Of a DNA stretch of 64,000 nt, positions 1 through 15,475 are shown one piece after another. The notes under the pieces are model-generated. The model had not been told where the DNA came from. It did not search any database and saw only the letters and a program-made list of their open reading frames with translations. How positions within the stretch are numbered: the stretch's first letter is position 1; every line of letters starts with the position of its first letter. A program made the position numbers and the translations under genes. Source of the stretch: the human T2T-CHM13v2.0 reference genome, Homo sapiens; NCBI RefSeq assembly GCF_009914755.1, contig NC_060926.1. One strand, written 5' to 3'.

Positions 1-164
1 CAGTGATAAGTAATGCCTTTCCTTTGTTGCCAGCCCTAGGGTGCTTCTCTATCTCTTTTTGATTTCTCTTACGCTGTTTACAACCTCATAACGAATGCCT
101 TCATCAGACTTGCTTCCATCTCCCCTTTCAGTGTGCCATCTATTTCATGCCATGACCCTGATGA

Positions 165-360
165 GTTTTAAATGCCTACTGGACACCCAGGGGGAGATAT
201 CCAAGAGACAGTTAGAAATTTAGGATTAGGGACTTGGAAATAGATTGAGACTGGATATAGCTTTAGTGTTAACATGCTGGTGGGTGTGGAAACCATGAGT
301 TGCCGATAATATAGTGTGAAAAGAGAAAAAGGTTCTTGATTGGAATGCTGGAGAAGATAA
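165..360 (-). mobile_element. L2 LINE fragment
   Basis: aatgcctactggacacccagggggagatatccaagagacagttag...aaaccatgag resembles the antisense L2 3' region; boundaries approximate. Confidence 0.6.
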
Positions 361-649
361 ACTTTTCAGGAATTGACAGTTTTCTGCAGCTAATAGAATC
401 TCACTTATGCATATGTTCTTCATTCTGATTGTGTGACTAATTCCATATGAATCATTCAGACTGAATACTTGCACCGTCACTAGTTATATAGATAGGTACT
501 GAAGTTTGCCTTTGTCTTCAAGAAGGGACTTGGTGACCAATGAATAGTGAAACAATTTCAGAGAAAATATGTAAGTAGCATAATCAAGGAAAACATTTTT
601 AAGCATCCTTAAGGATTTCATAAATGTATTTATTTCTAAATCTTTATTA

Positions 650-1009
<360 letters not shown>

Positions 1010-1114
1010 CTAAGTCTGTTTGGTAGGCAACACTTTGATGGCTAAGATTTGGTTACTCTATATATTCTAAAATAGTTAACCTATATTCCCTATAAAATTG
1101 AGAGAATCATGATG

Positions 1115-1285
1115 TTCAGATGCTAAGTGTTTTTCCTGCACTCTCATTTAATCTGTATTTCTACTCCTATAAGGTGAGTACCATTAATATCTTCCTCACT
1201 ACTGATGAAGAAACAGGCTTAGAGAAGTTAATAATTTTCTCAAGACCACACAGCTAGTAAATGTCAGAGCCAAGTTCTATTTATC
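1115..1285 (-). mobile_element. MIR SINE
   Basis: MIR core antisense: gatgaagaaacaggcttagagaagttaataattttctcaagaccacacagctagtaaatgtcagagcc. Confidence 0.85.
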
Positions 1286-2755
1286 TGAATAAGAGAGTTT
1301 TCGCTAATACCTGGAAAGACTTTCTTGGACCTTCCTCATCCAAGGGCTTTTTGTTACAGAGGAACTCAAGGAGCCCAGTGGAAAGCACTTCCAACTAAAA
1401 GGTGTTCCCGTGGTCTAGACGTAGAAGCTGCCTTTAACAAGGGTCCACCAGCACACAGTGGAACCATTTTTATTATAAAGGGCCAGAACTGCCTGTGTCG
1501 AATGCATAAAATATATTCTTTCTATTCTTTGGCTAGTATAAAAGTTATAGCCGTTGTCCAAATTGAATAATTCAGCCAGAATCTGATTTTCTTGGAAGGC
1601 CCATCTCTCCTAGGCTCACTCACGTAGTATAATCAGAGGACATTTGGCACTTTCAAAAGCCATAGCCTACTTCTTCTGGAGGTCTGTGTGTGACATGGTG
1701 TGGCATCATAGGAGCTTGCCCGGTCTGCTTTGTATGGGCTGTGATCACTCCTAGTGGCTATGAATTTTTTCCTTTCATTTATGCCAAATTCTCCTCCCTT
1801 TTGAAGTTTGAAAGGCGAGGGGCATATAAAAAGGAAGTGGTTATGGCCCAAGGTCCTTTATTACCTTTTTTGTCCAATGCGTTGTTGACAGCAGTTTACT
1901 TATCATTCTTAGAGGGCCAAAAGCTTCATTCCGATCAGGTTTCTAATCACTGAAACTTCTATTTTAAATGGATTTGAAGGCCCTGCCTTTAGTTGAAAGT
2001 TTTCGAGTCAGACTTGAAAACATCAGGAAGATTAATTAGTGTCTTCACAGTTTTTTTCCCTTCATGTTCCATCTGGGCACAGATCCAGTAACTTACCCAA
2101 GGAGCAGGATAGTTAGTCTCACCCCTGCTCCCCAATTAATTAATTCAACCCAACTTCCAGAAAGATAACAACACTGTAGGTGAGGGCTGAGTCCTGCTAC
2201 TTATTCCCTCATTGGCCACCTGTACCCTCTTCTCCTGTGATCAGCTTCTCAGCAAGCTGATGAAAGACTTAGCTTAGCTCCAGTATGTGTTATCCCACTA
2301 CTCATGTTAAAGACTTGGTTAACTGTGTTCTATTATGGGCTTATTTAAAACTTTACCTCCAAACTCCAGTAAGGATTGTGGGTCAGTTTGTAAAAGAGCT
2401 CTTCTGAACCACACCATGGAGATTTATTTCAAGCTGTGGTAACAGAGTAATCCTGAAACATACTACTTTAATTATTGTGAATGTCTTTGGTTAAGAGGAA
2501 AAAAATCACTTTTATTTTTAAAGATATTTTTATTTTACTCTAAGTAGTGCCAATATTGGTGGCAATGTTTAGCTATTCTGGAAGATAATTTAACAATATG
2601 TGTTAAAAACCTTTAATACTTTCATACCTGTTGCTCTAGGATTTCAGTATATTATTGTAATTCTAACCTGAGTGGAGTGTTTTTACCTGACAAGCATTTA
2701 TTCCCCAATTTTTATGTTCTTTGTGACCTCTTAAAAGAGACAATATAAATATCCA

Positions 2756-3053
2756 GGCCAGGTGGGGTGGCTTACACCTGTAATCCCAGTACTTTGGGCA
2801 GCCAAGCTGGGAGGATCACTTGACCCCAGGAGTTCGAGACCAGCCTGGGCAACATGACAAGGCTTATCTGTACTAAAACAAACAAACAAAAACAATAGCT
2901 AGGCGTAGTAGGGCGTGCCTGTAGTCCCTGGGAGGCTGAGGCAGGAGGATCACTTGAGTCCAAGAGGTCAAGGCTGCTATGAGCTGTGATTGTACCAATG
3001 TACACCAGCTTGGGCAACAAAGCAAGACTCTGTCTCAAAAAAAAAAAAAAAAA
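2756..3053 (+). mobile_element. Alu (AluJ-like), full length
   Basis: J-type features (gggcaacat, aggtcaaggctgc, gagctgtgat), poly(A) tail, short TSD aaa.atcca. Confidence 0.95.
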
Positions 3054-3161
3054 TCCAGTAATAAGGGATTAGATATTACAGTGTAGCAGCATAACAGAAT
3101 CCTGTTAGTCATTGAAAAAAAAAGCAAAAACAAAAACCATAGCCTGGGATCATATTTATAA

Positions 3162-3400
3162 TACAGGGCATTCCAAAAGTCCCAGTATAGTTTTAAGCTT
3201 TAATAACTTCAGAAATATAAATGCTTTAAACTTTCAAAAAACATTTATTTGAAAGTTTATTTAAGTTTCTTTAAGATTTATTTCCGTTTGTGAATTTCAG
3301 ACAATAAATTTTTAATTTTTTTGTTTTAGTTAACATTTGTCAGAGATTAACAGAAAAAATTAAAATTAAAATTTGAAATTTTATAAATAACGTGTTTTAT
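3162..3400. mobile_element. probable ancient Tc1/mariner-type non-autonomous DNA element fragment
   Basis: Begins TA-CAGGGcattccaaaagtc like TcMar termini, AT-rich with internal inverted symmetry; right end not identified. Confidence 0.4.
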
Positions 3401-3419
3401 AATCTTAATTACAAACAAA

Positions 3420-3665
3420 AGATAAGTGAGGGTGATAATTTATTAAAACAGACTTTAAAAACAATATATACAGCTTGATTCTGATTATATAAATAATATA
3501 TACATGCATGTGCTGGAAATTAAAAAGGAAATCTGTATATCAAAATTAATAGTGGTTTTCTCTGGAGTGGTGTGATTATGTATTGTTTTAATTTTTCTCT
3601 TTGCTTTGTCTACTTTTCAAGTTTTCTGCAATGAATGTCTACTAATTTCTATTTAGAAAAATGTC
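3420..3665 (+). mobile_element. old L1 (L1ME-type) 3' end
   Basis: aaaattaatagtggttttctctggagtggtgtgattatg...ttttctgcaatgaatg typical of L1ME 3' UTR. Confidence 0.7.
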
Positions 3666-4169
3666 ATTTAAATACTTTAAAGAATAGAGCCAATATTTTG
3701 ACTTACTCTGAGTCAAAGTATCACAATTAGTGTATATAAAAAGCTAGGAATATTAACTTCATCTACCAATTGCCATTAAAGTAATTAATTTAGCTATTAA
3801 TACTGAAAATAAAGAAAAATTAAATATAAGAAATATTTCCTCCTAAAATAGCTAAAAGCTATGCTCCATATCTTTATGTTTGATTGATAGTATCACATTT
3901 TTAAGAAGTTATTTTTAGATGTTTATGAACTATAAGAGAATCATATAAAAGGAATAGCTGTAAAGGGGGATTAGAGGGCTTTTTGTTGTTATTATTTTGT
4001 ATTTTGTCATTCTAAGAGATTAAACAAAGATTCATGAATAGAAGCTAGAATGGAAAAGAATTTAACTTTGCAAGAAATTAATTTCTCCCTTACATCTTAT
4101 AACGTTTTTTAAAGTAGAGAAAAATCAAATAGGATAAAAGGACTACAGATTCTTAAAAAATATGTTTAA

Positions 4170-4525
4170 GTAAAGAACACGGTATAAAAGGATATATGCT
4201 TCAGAGTACATTTCCTCCAACCCGAGTCCCCTCGTCTTCCAGTTCCCCTTCACAGAGGCAGTCAGTTATGTATGCGTGTCCTTCTATGAATATACAAAGG
4301 TATGTGAACATATCCTTTCTGTCATTTGGATGGTAGCATGCTGTACATACTACGTTGCAGTCTGCTTTTTAAAATATATATATATATATATCTTGGAGAT
4401 TGTACCATATCAGTCCATATAGATTCACTAGTTGGTTATAACAGTTGTTTAATCATCCTTACTGATGGATCTGAGTTTACTTTCTGTCTTACTACAATTA
4501 ATGATGAATATCTTTGTACATACAT
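4170..4525 (-). mobile_element. old L1 (L1ME-type) fragment
   Basis: ggtagcatgctgtacatactac...tcttggagattgtaccatatcagtccatatagattc resembles antisense L1ME 3' region. Confidence 0.6.
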
Positions 4526-5348
4526 TGAAGACTACTGTTCTAATAGTCGTGTCTGTCAAATGATGAAAGATGATGATGGGATTCTCACATCCTGATAATA
4601 CCTGATAGCTTTCAAAGCACTTCCTATATGTTTTTTGTTTTGGAATGATCTACTTTCAGGAATGGTTAGCGACCCACTACTGGAGGTGGTCAACCACTGC
4701 GTGCATTTACAAGGTTGCTATGAAGAGAGGATCAGTCCCTGAATGGTGCCTTCTGGCTAGGGAGTGGAGGGGACGGGCTGTCCTTTCCTACTTTCCTGTC
4801 TAGTAGATCTTCCCGTAATAAAGGCATTTTTTAAGCAGCCTGTTTTCTTACTATCTTGAAGACATGGGAAAGGAGGGAAATCCATTGTGTTCTGATTGTT
4901 TTCCATGTTTAGTGCTTTATGCCTGTTTTTAATTGGACTTTTGTGGTTGAGATTTTCATTTACCCCTTTCTTGGAGTACCTTCCAACTCTATATTAATTA
5001 ATAAATTATGTCATGGATATGTGGGCTGGCTCTCCTAGGTATGTGTAGCACCTGGAACATTTTTAGTGATTGTTAAGAGGTATGTCAGTGAAGTTTATAG
5101 ATTGAAACCTTTTGTTCTTCGATTTTAAAATTAATTTCATTTTCTTCCCCTCAGCTTAGAAGCAATGGCTACTCAATTTCTTTGTATGTATAATTTTAGA
5201 ACAAAGGACTTTCTTAATATGTTATATGCTATTCAGAGTTTACTTCAGGGATGTGATTAAAAGGGAATGGAAGCCAGAGGAACTCAGGAAATGGAACCCT
5301 GCTAAACATTACCTGTGTCTTCTGTGTTTTGTTTTGTTTTGTTTGAAA

Positions 5349-5352
5349 TGTG

Positions 5353-5383
<31 letters not shown>

Positions 5384-5386
5384 TGT
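5349..5386. repeat. (TG)n microsatellite
   Basis: Directly visible TG run with one interruption. Confidence 0.95.
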
Positions 5387-6082
5387 ATAATCCAGCATAC
5401 TATCCTTAATAGAATTGATCATTCCTTTTTTTCTGGATCTGTAGCATCATCAGATGTGTGCATTCATTTAGGACTTCGAAGAACATCATCTGCAATAATA
5501 TACGTAGTTTTGTCCTCCCTATCTTTAATTGTTCCATATTCACTGTGTTAATTTTTCTCATCAAAACAACAAGGACAGGTTCTTAGGAGAGTATAGAGGA
5601 TCTCCTCTGAAGGGTTACAGAGCAGGGAAGATGCATGTGTGTTTCATGGCTCCCTACCCACCCCGTGTGGCCCTAGTACATCCCATCCTGCGTGTATCTA
5701 CTTTCTTGTCTGATTTCTGTGGCTTCTTCAGACAAGAAGCACACTACACAGTGACTGGGTCAGAAGTCCAGGGCTGCAGGACTCTGCCCAGGCATGTCTG
5801 TTTTCCCCAAAGTATCCTAGAACTGCACTTTCTATCAACTTATGTTTCCCTGTGAAGAAAACCTTGTCTCAGCGAGGTGTGGCTGTTCTCAGAGTACTGT
5901 GTGTATATGCACGTGGGTGGGTGTGGGTGTGCATATATGTGTAATGGGGACGAACGAGTATTCCTGTACCTTCTTGTTGAGTAGAAGAAAAACATCAAGT
6001 TCAAAGTATCACCAGCAGAGCATTCCAAATATGCTTTCCGGGAGTTTACAATTTAAAGCAGCCTTAAAAATCTATAACCTTG

Positions 6083-6460
6083 TGTATTAGTCAGCTCAGG
6101 CTGCCATAACAAAGTGCCATAGACTGAGTGACTTAAACAATAGAAATGTATTTCTCACAGTTCCAGAGGCTAAGAAATCCAAAATCACTGTGCCAGCCTG
6201 GTTGGTTTCTGGTGCAGCCTCTCTTCCTGGCTTGCAGATGGCAGCCTTCTCGCCGTGTCCTCTTATGGCAGAGAAAGTTTGTGAACTGTCTGGTTTCCGG
6301 TCTTATAAAGACACTAATCCCATTGAACCAGGGCCCTACCCTCATAACATTATCTAATGTTAATTACATCCCAGAGATACTATCTCTAAATATTATCACA
6401 CTGAGGATTAGGATTTTAACATTTGAATTTTGGGGTGACACAAACATTCATTTCATAACA
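6083..6460 (-). mobile_element. MaLR solo LTR (MLT1A-like)
   Basis: tgtattagtcagctcaggctgccataacaaa ... ggggtgacacaaacattcatttcataaca termini, ~380 bp. Confidence 0.9.
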
Positions 6461-7499
6461 CCTCCCTTGAGTTAGCCTTGTGGGGGTTGCCCTGGTACAG
6501 GTTACCATTTACTTCTGATAAGACTCTAATTTACTTTTGGCAAAAACTGACTAACCACATATAAATAAGTGATTTTATTTACCTTTTCCCCCATTTGGTG
6601 CATACAATTTACCATGTAGTCCAAGCCTTTAGGCCTCACAAGACTTCAGCTCAGGACCAGGTAGGCTGCCAGTTCGTCCCCCATATCCAAACAGCCCCGG
6701 GAGAGAGAAGGGAGAGAATTTTTAAAATGACAATCCTGGGATGTCCTACGGTTTAGAGCACTGGGAGGTGTACTTGTAGTCATTAAAAAGCAACTGCAGT
6801 GACCCAGCATAGTGCTAGTAATCTGGCTCCCAGGCCGTTGAGCGCAGCAGGGAGCAAGACTTCAGGATCACACTGCATGTGGCTTTAATGTGCACAGACT
6901 GACTTCATGCTGGGAGCACAGCATCCCTAATCTTTCCTTGCTGTTTTTAGACTTTTAATTCAGCTTAGGTCTAGATGTTGGATTGACATGATATTGTCCT
7001 TTCTGTTTGATTTATCAATTCGTCGTTTGATAGTATACTGTCAAGAAATCAGTGACAGCTTTGTATTGCCAGTGAAAAGTCCTGATAGCTTAAAGCATTC
7101 AATAGTACAGGTTGGTACATGACCTTTGAGTTTTCAAACCTTGGATATAATCCATGAGAAAACAAAAAATAAAGACAAGATTGATAAATAGGATTTATAA
7201 GGGTTGACAGAATTAGGAGGATGAAGGGCAAGATAAAGATTAACCATACATTCCCTAAATATACAGGTATTCAGGTGAAAAACAACAAAAAAAAAGTTAT
7301 TGAGGGATGAGATCCCTTGCTTTTGATTAGAATGGTACCTTCCAGCCAATTCAAATAAAATCGCTCAAGCTAGTTTATCTGTCTGTGAAGCACATTTCTC
7401 TGAATAGTTTTAATTTTCCTCTTAGTCTTCATAACAAAATCATAAATGTAGCTTTCTGTAGGACTGTGTTCTAAACCTTTGGGAAGGCCACTCATTCAC

Positions 7500-7632
7500 T
7501 AATTAAACAAAGGTGATATAGCAATGAACAGAGCACACAAAAATACCTGTCCTCGTGGAGATTCCATTCTTATGGAGGCAGGCAATATATGTATATATAT
7601 ATAAAAGAAATATGGTGAAAAATAAAGCAAGG
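7500..7632 (-). mobile_element. L2 fragment, left part split by the L1 insertion
   Basis: gatatagcaatgaacagagcacacaaaaatacctgtcctcgtggagattccattct = antisense L2a 3' end; continues at 15090. Confidence 0.75.
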
Positions 7633-9421
7633 CTTCAAGAGGGCTGACTAGACGCATCCGGCACTTGCCTCCTCCACAAAGAGGAACCAAAATAGCAAGT
7701 AGATAATCACACTTTGAATAGAGAATCTAGGAGAGAACACTGGGATTCAACAGAAAAGTGGCAGGAAACACCCAAGGCAAGGAAGGAGAGGGAAGCACAG
7801 CCGGGATCAGCTAGAAGCCCTGAGAGGCTCCTCAGTGTGGGGAAAGGGGGAGAGATCCCCAGGGGTCCACATTTCCACCACAGAGTCCTGCAATCCCAGC
7901 CATGGGAGAGCCTCTTGACCCTCAGAGGCTCTCAGACTAACATGGGGAGCTGCCTTGAGACCATGCTAGGGAATTGGTCCAAGGAGGGAACTCACACTGG
8001 GTCCCACATGCATCCCCTGAGTCCTAAGCAGCTGTAGCGTGGTACGATTTTGAGAGCCCAGCCCTCACCAGACAGCATCCTTTCCTAGGGCCTGACAGCA
8101 CCTGCGTCTCCACATCTCTCAAGCCCCACTGATATCCCACTGTATCTACCTAGAGGGCTACTGTGGTGTGATGCCCCAGCACTACAGCACACAGTATCCT
8201 GTATCCCAGGAAACAGGCAGTGCAGTGCACCAGGGAGATCTGCCTCAGGACAAAGGAAGCCAAAATGCATGCTTCCCAGAGCCCAAAACCTATCTGCCTA
8301 AAGCTATTGCCACTGACAGCAACCACCATCCCAACTAGCGGCAGAGCTGTAGTGCAATTGCATGTACCCTGAGGACTGGCTCTTCCCACTGCTGCTGTGG
8401 CTACTGCCACAGCTGTCACCATTAGGAACCGAAGCTTATGCTCCCCAGAGCCTGAGAGCCACCTACCTGCACCTGCTGCTACTGACAGCAACTCTGTCCA
8501 CCCCCTGCAGGGCTGCAGAGCACTTGCACACACCCTGAAGACAGGCTTTGCCTGCTTATAACTACCACTGCTGCCACCACCCGAGCACTCCACCTGGGGG
8601 CCTGAGGATCACCCCACCTTGTGCACCATAGCCTGCACAGGAGGCCCTGAGTACAAGCCCAACCAGCCTGGCACTGCTACCCCCTCCCAGTACCCAAGCA
8701 TGCCTTCCAGTGTCTTCAGGATTATCCCACCCTGTCCCCACTGCCAGCATTTGTGCACTCCTGCCAGGGACCTGAAGATGGCCCACCCAGCCTGTTGCCA
8801 CCATCACAGCCAGCACCCACCTGCATGTTCTACCTGGAGTCCTGGGGATTGGACCACCCAGCTTGTCACAGCCACTGCTAACACAAATGTGTGCCACTGG
8901 GGAGCCTCAGGGTTGTCCCACCACTGCCGTGGCCATCATCCATGCTATGCATGCTGCCTAAGAGTGTGAGATTTTGTCCACACTCCAGCCTACCACTGCC
9001 ACTGCTGGCACCTGAGCAAGCCACGTGGAAACCCAAGAATTGGCCCACTTGGACTCACTAATGCCAATGCACTCATACACTGCCCAGGGGCCCAAGGATA
9101 GATACCCTTGGCCCACTGCTGCCAGAGAACTGGCTCACATGGTGTCCCCATCCCCAACAAAACCTCACCACAGCCTCTACTAACAACTGCAGCCTAAGCC
9201 ACTGAGAAGATCACAAATACCACTGACACTGTTTACGGCTGAAGAAATAATACAGAAACTACACTCCTGCATGCACCCAGAATCAAAGTTAAGGTTTTCT
9301 GACCAACTAACACCATACATACATCTTCAGGAAAAAGTCTTCCCTTATGAAAGTCAATCCAAAAAGTTAGAAGTGACTTTTGCACCAAATGTGCAGATAT
9401 CAACGTAAAGACACATGAAAT

Positions 9422-10731
<1,310 letters not shown>

Positions 10732-10895
10732 AAAACACCCAAAAGTATAAAACTCACTGGTAAAGCAAACACACAAATGAGGAAGGGAAAGGACTCAAGT
10801 GTTACCACTACAGAAAATTACCAAACTGCAATGATAAACAATAATAGAGAAAGAAACAAAGGATATACAAAATAGCCAGAAAACGATTGAACAAA

Positions 10896-13800
10896 ATGAC
10901 AAGAATAAGTCCCCTCATATCAATAATAATCTTAAATGTAAGTGGATTAAATTTTCCACTGAAAAGATACAGACTGGCTGAATGGACAAAAAAAAAAAAA
11001 TGACCCAATTATATGCTGCCTAAAAAAACTCACTTCACTGGTAAGACATATATAGACTGAAAATAAAGGGATGGAAAAAGATATTCCACACAAATGGAAG
11101 CCAATAGCAAACAAGCAGAAGTACTTATCTTAATATCAGATAAAACAGACTTTAAGTGAGAAACAGTAAGAAGAGATAAAGAAGGTCATTATATAATAAT
11201 AAAAAGATCAGTTCCACAAGAGAATATTACAGTTCTAGACATATATGCAGACAACACTGGAGCACCCAGAGTTATAAAGCAAATAGTATTAGATCTAAAG
11301 GGAGAGATAGACTCCAATACAATAATAGTTGGAGACTTCAACATCCCACTTTCAGCATTAGACATATTATCTAGACAGAAATTAACAAAGAAATATTGAA
11401 TTTAAACTGCACTTTAGACCAAATGGACCTAACAGACATCTACGGTATATTCTACCCGACAGCTGCAGAAAATACACACATTCTTCTCAACAGCACATGG
11501 AACATTTTCCAGGATAGACCATATGTTAAGCCACAAAATAAGTCTCAACAAATTTCTAAAAATTGAAATTATACCAAGTATCTTCTCAGACTATAGTGGA
11601 ATAAAACTAGAAATCAAAAAGAAGAAGAACTTCAGAAGCTGTACAAATGCATGGAAATTAAATAACATGCTCCTGAAGAACCACTGGGTCAAGGAAGAAA
11701 TTAAGGAGGAAATCACAAAGTTTCTTGAAACAAATAAAAATCAAAACATAGCACACCACAACCTATGAGATACAGCAAAAGCAGTGCTAAGAGGAAAGTG
11801 TATAGCAATAAATGCTTACGTCAAAAAGTAGAAAGATTTCAAATAAACAATCTAATGATGTACCTCAAGGAACTAGAAAAGCAAGAACAAACCAAACCAA
11901 AATTAGTAGAAGGAAAGAGATAATAAAGATCTAAATAAAAAAGAGGCTACAAAAAATACAAAGGACCAATAAAACAAAGGTTTTTTTTTTTAAAAAGATG
12001 AACAGCAGCAAAAAAACTCCTAGCTAGACTATACAAGAAAAAAGAGAGAAGACCCAAATAAACAAAATCAGAAACAAAAAAAGAGGACATTACAACTGAT
12101 ACCACAGAAATACAAAAGATCATCAGATTCTATTATGAGCAACTATATACTAATACACTGGAAAACCTAGAGGAAATAGATACATTCCTGGACACATACA
12201 TACCTACCAAGATTGAATCAGGAAAAAACAGAAAACCTGAACAGATGAATAATGAACTACAAGATTGAATCCGTAATAAAAACTCTCCCAACAAAGAAGT
12301 TTAGGACAAAATAGCTTTACTGCCAAATTCTACCAAACTTATAAAGGAGAAATAACATTACTTCTTCTCAAACTATTCCAAGAAACTGAAGAGGAAGCAA
12401 TTCCCCTTAACTCATTCTATGAGGCCAGCATTACCCTGATACCAAAACCAGACAAGAATGTAACAAAAAAAGGAAATGGCAGGCTAGTGATGAACACAGA
12501 CATAAAAATCACCAACATAACACTAGCAAATCAAACCCAACAGCACATCAAAAAAGGTAATGTAGCATGATTAAGTGGGATTTATCCCAGAGATGCAAGG
12601 ATGGTTCAACATACACAAATCAAAAGATACGATATAGCCATCATCAGAGTGAAGGACAGTAGCCATATCATTCTCTAAATAGATGCAGAAAAAGCATTGG
12701 ATAAAACTCGACATTCCTTGGTGATAAAAATCTCAACCAACCAGGCATTGCAAGAACATATCTTAATATAATAAAGGCCATATGTGACCCATAGCTAATA
12801 TCATACCAAATGGGGAAAAGCTGAAAGCCTTTCCTTTAAGAACTGGAACAAGACAAGGATGCACACTTTCACCAGTCCTGGTCAACATGGTACTGGAAGT
12901 CCTAGCCAGAGCAGTCAGTCAAGAGAAAGAAATAAAGGCATAACAATCAGAAAAGAGGAAGTTAAATTGTCCCTTTTTGCAGATAATGTGATCTTATATC
13001 TAGAAAAATCTAAAGACTCCACCAAAAAATCTTAGCTGTGGTAAGCAAATTCAGTAACATTGCAGAATGCAAAATCAACATACAAAATAAATAGTGTTTC
13101 TATACACCAATAATGAAGTAGCTGAGGAAAAGAATAAGACAATCTCATTTATAATCACTTCAAAAATATACCTAGGAATAAATTTAAACAAGGAGGTGAA
13201 AGACCTCTACAATGAAAACTACAAAACATTGATGAAAGAAATTGAAAAGGATACAAGCAAATTGAAAAACAGCCTACCCTCATGAATCAAAAGAATTAAT
13301 ATTGTTAAAATGACTATACTACTCAAAGCAATCTACAGATTCAATGTAATCTGTATCAAAATACCAATGTCATTTTTCACAGAATTAGAAAAAACTATCC
13401 TAAAATTCATGTGGAACCAAAAATTAGGCTGAATAACCAAAGGAATCCTGAGCAAAAAGAACAAAGCTGAAGGCATCACACTACCTAACTGCAAAATATA
13501 TTACAAGACTATGGTAATCAAAACAGCATGATACTGGTATGAAACAGACACATAGACCAATGGAACAATATAAAGAATCTAGAAATAAATCCTTGTATTT
13601 ACAGCCAACTGGTTTTTGACAATGCCACCAAGAACATACATTGCAGAAAGGACATTCTCTTCAATAAATAGTGCATGGAAAACTGGATCTCCATATGCCA
13701 CGGAACGAAACTAGACCCCTATCTCTTGTCACATACAAAAATCAACTCAAAATGGAGTGAAGACTAAACATAAGACCTGAAGCTATAAAACTACTAGAAG

Positions 13801-14640
13801 AAAACATAGAGCAAATGCTACAGGACATTGGTTTAGGCAAAGATTTTAAGTCTGTGGCCTCAAAAGCACAGGTAGCAAAAACAAAAATAGGCACATGGGA
13901 CTATATTAAATAAAAAAGCTTCTGCACAACAAAGGAAACAAATCAACAGAGTAAAGAGACAATCTGTTGAATGGAAGAAAACATTGACAAACTATTCATC
14001 TGCCAAGGACTAATATCCAAAATATGCGAGGAACTCAAACAACAGCAAAAAGAAAAAAAATCACATTAAAAAGTGGGCAAAGACATGAATGTACATTTTT
14101 CAGAAGAAGATACGCAAATTGTCAACAGGTATACAAAAAATGCTCAATGTTACTAATCATCAGGAAAATGAAAATCAAAACTACAGTGAGATAGCATTTT
14201 ATCCCAGGTAGGATGGCAATTATTAAAAAGACAAAAACAACAGATGTCTAGTGAAGATGCAGAGAAAAGGGAACCCTTATGCACTGTCAGTAGGAATGTA
14301 AATTAGTACAGCCATTGTGGAAAACAGTATGGAGGTTTCTTGCAAAACTGGAAATAGAACTTCCACGTGATCCAGCAGTCCTACTACTGGGTATTTATCC
14401 AAAGGAAAGGAAATAAGTATATCTAAGGAGATACCTGTACCCCCATATTTATGGCAGCAGAAAAAACAATTGCAGTACTATTTACAGTAACAAAGATATA
14501 GAATCAACCTAAGTGTCTATCAAAGGATGAATAGATAGAGAAAATGTGGTATTTATACACAATAGAATACTACTTGGCCATAAAGAGTGAAATTCTGTCA
14601 TATGCAGCAACATGGAACTGCAGGTTAAGTGTTAAGTGAA
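10896..14640 (+). pseudogene. L1 ORF2p remnant (endonuclease/reverse transcriptase), inactivated
   Basis: ATG at 10896 in the ORF2 start context; ORF pieces LSHKISLNKF..SIFSDYSGIKLEI and YLGINLNKEVKDLYNENYKTL; RT motif reads LSLFADNVILYL (FADD to FADN, 12976-12987); many stops and frameshifts. Confidence 0.9.
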
Positions 14641-14971
14641 ACAAGCTAGGCACAGAAAGACAAATATCACGTGTTCTCATTTATATGTGGGAGCTAACAA
14701 AGTTAATCTCATGGAGGTAGAGAGTAGAATAATGGGTACAAACATATAGTTAGAAGGAATAAATTCTAATATTTGATAGCAGAGTAGGGTACTCTTGTTA
14801 ACAATGTATTGTATATTTCAAAATAGCTAGAAGAAAAGACTTAAAATGTCCCAGTACATAGAAATGATAAATACTCAAAGTGATAGATACCCTAAATACC
14901 CTGATTTTGATCACTACACATTCTGTGCATGTAACAAAATATTACATATACCCCATTAAAAAAGTACAGAT

Positions 14972-15023
14972 TTAGGTTGGTACAGAAGTAATTTCAGTTT
15001 TTGCCATTGAAAGTAATGGTAAA
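14972..15023. mobile_element. MADE1 (Hsmar1-derived MITE), truncated
   Basis: ttaggttggtacagaagtaatttcagtttttgccattgaaagtaatggtaaa matches ~52 nt of the 80-bp MADE1 palindrome. Confidence 0.85.
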
Positions 15024-15089
15024 TAAAAATTTTATTTTAAAAAAAGAAAAATATGCACCAATAAAATTTTTTTTAAAAAAAAAAAAGAC

Positions 15090-15475
15090 AAAATAAAGCA
15101 GGGAAGAGAGGGAGTAGGGGTTGGGGTGGGAGTGCAGGATGAGGTAGCTATTTTGGATAGGGTGGCAAGGGAAAAGCTTCACTGCGAAAGTGACATTTGA
15201 GCAGAAGGAGGTGTCAGAGTGAGCCATGAGGATTTCTGGGGGCAGAGTTCTCCAGGGCGGAGAATCTGTGAGCACAAAGGCCTGGGGTGGGAGCTTACTG
15301 AGAGTGATCAAGGATCAGTATCCCAGTGTGGCTGGAGTGGAGTGAAGCAAGGAGGTGGCCATGGAGCCAGGGAGAAAGATGAGGTAGCAGTAGTGCTGAT
15401 CATGTAGGGCCTTACAGGCCGCTTTAAGGACACTGGCTTATACTCTGAGAGACTCACTGGAGTGTCTTAAGCAGG
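15090..15475 (-). mobile_element. L2 fragment, right part split by the L1 insertion
   Basis: gtgacatttgagcag...gtgagccatgaggatttctggggg...cagtgtggctggagtggagtga...gatcatgtagggcctt = antisense L2a. Confidence 0.85.

Noticed and set aside
4655-4745. Possible CR1/L3 3' fragment
   Set aside because: Similarity too short and degenerate to call without an HMM search
8150-8969. Longer ORFs (147, 111, 116 aa) in the L1 5' UTR as an ORF0-like product
   Set aside because: GC-rich repetitive UTR sequence lacks stops by composition; ORF0 is described for younger L1PA elements and no similarity is visible
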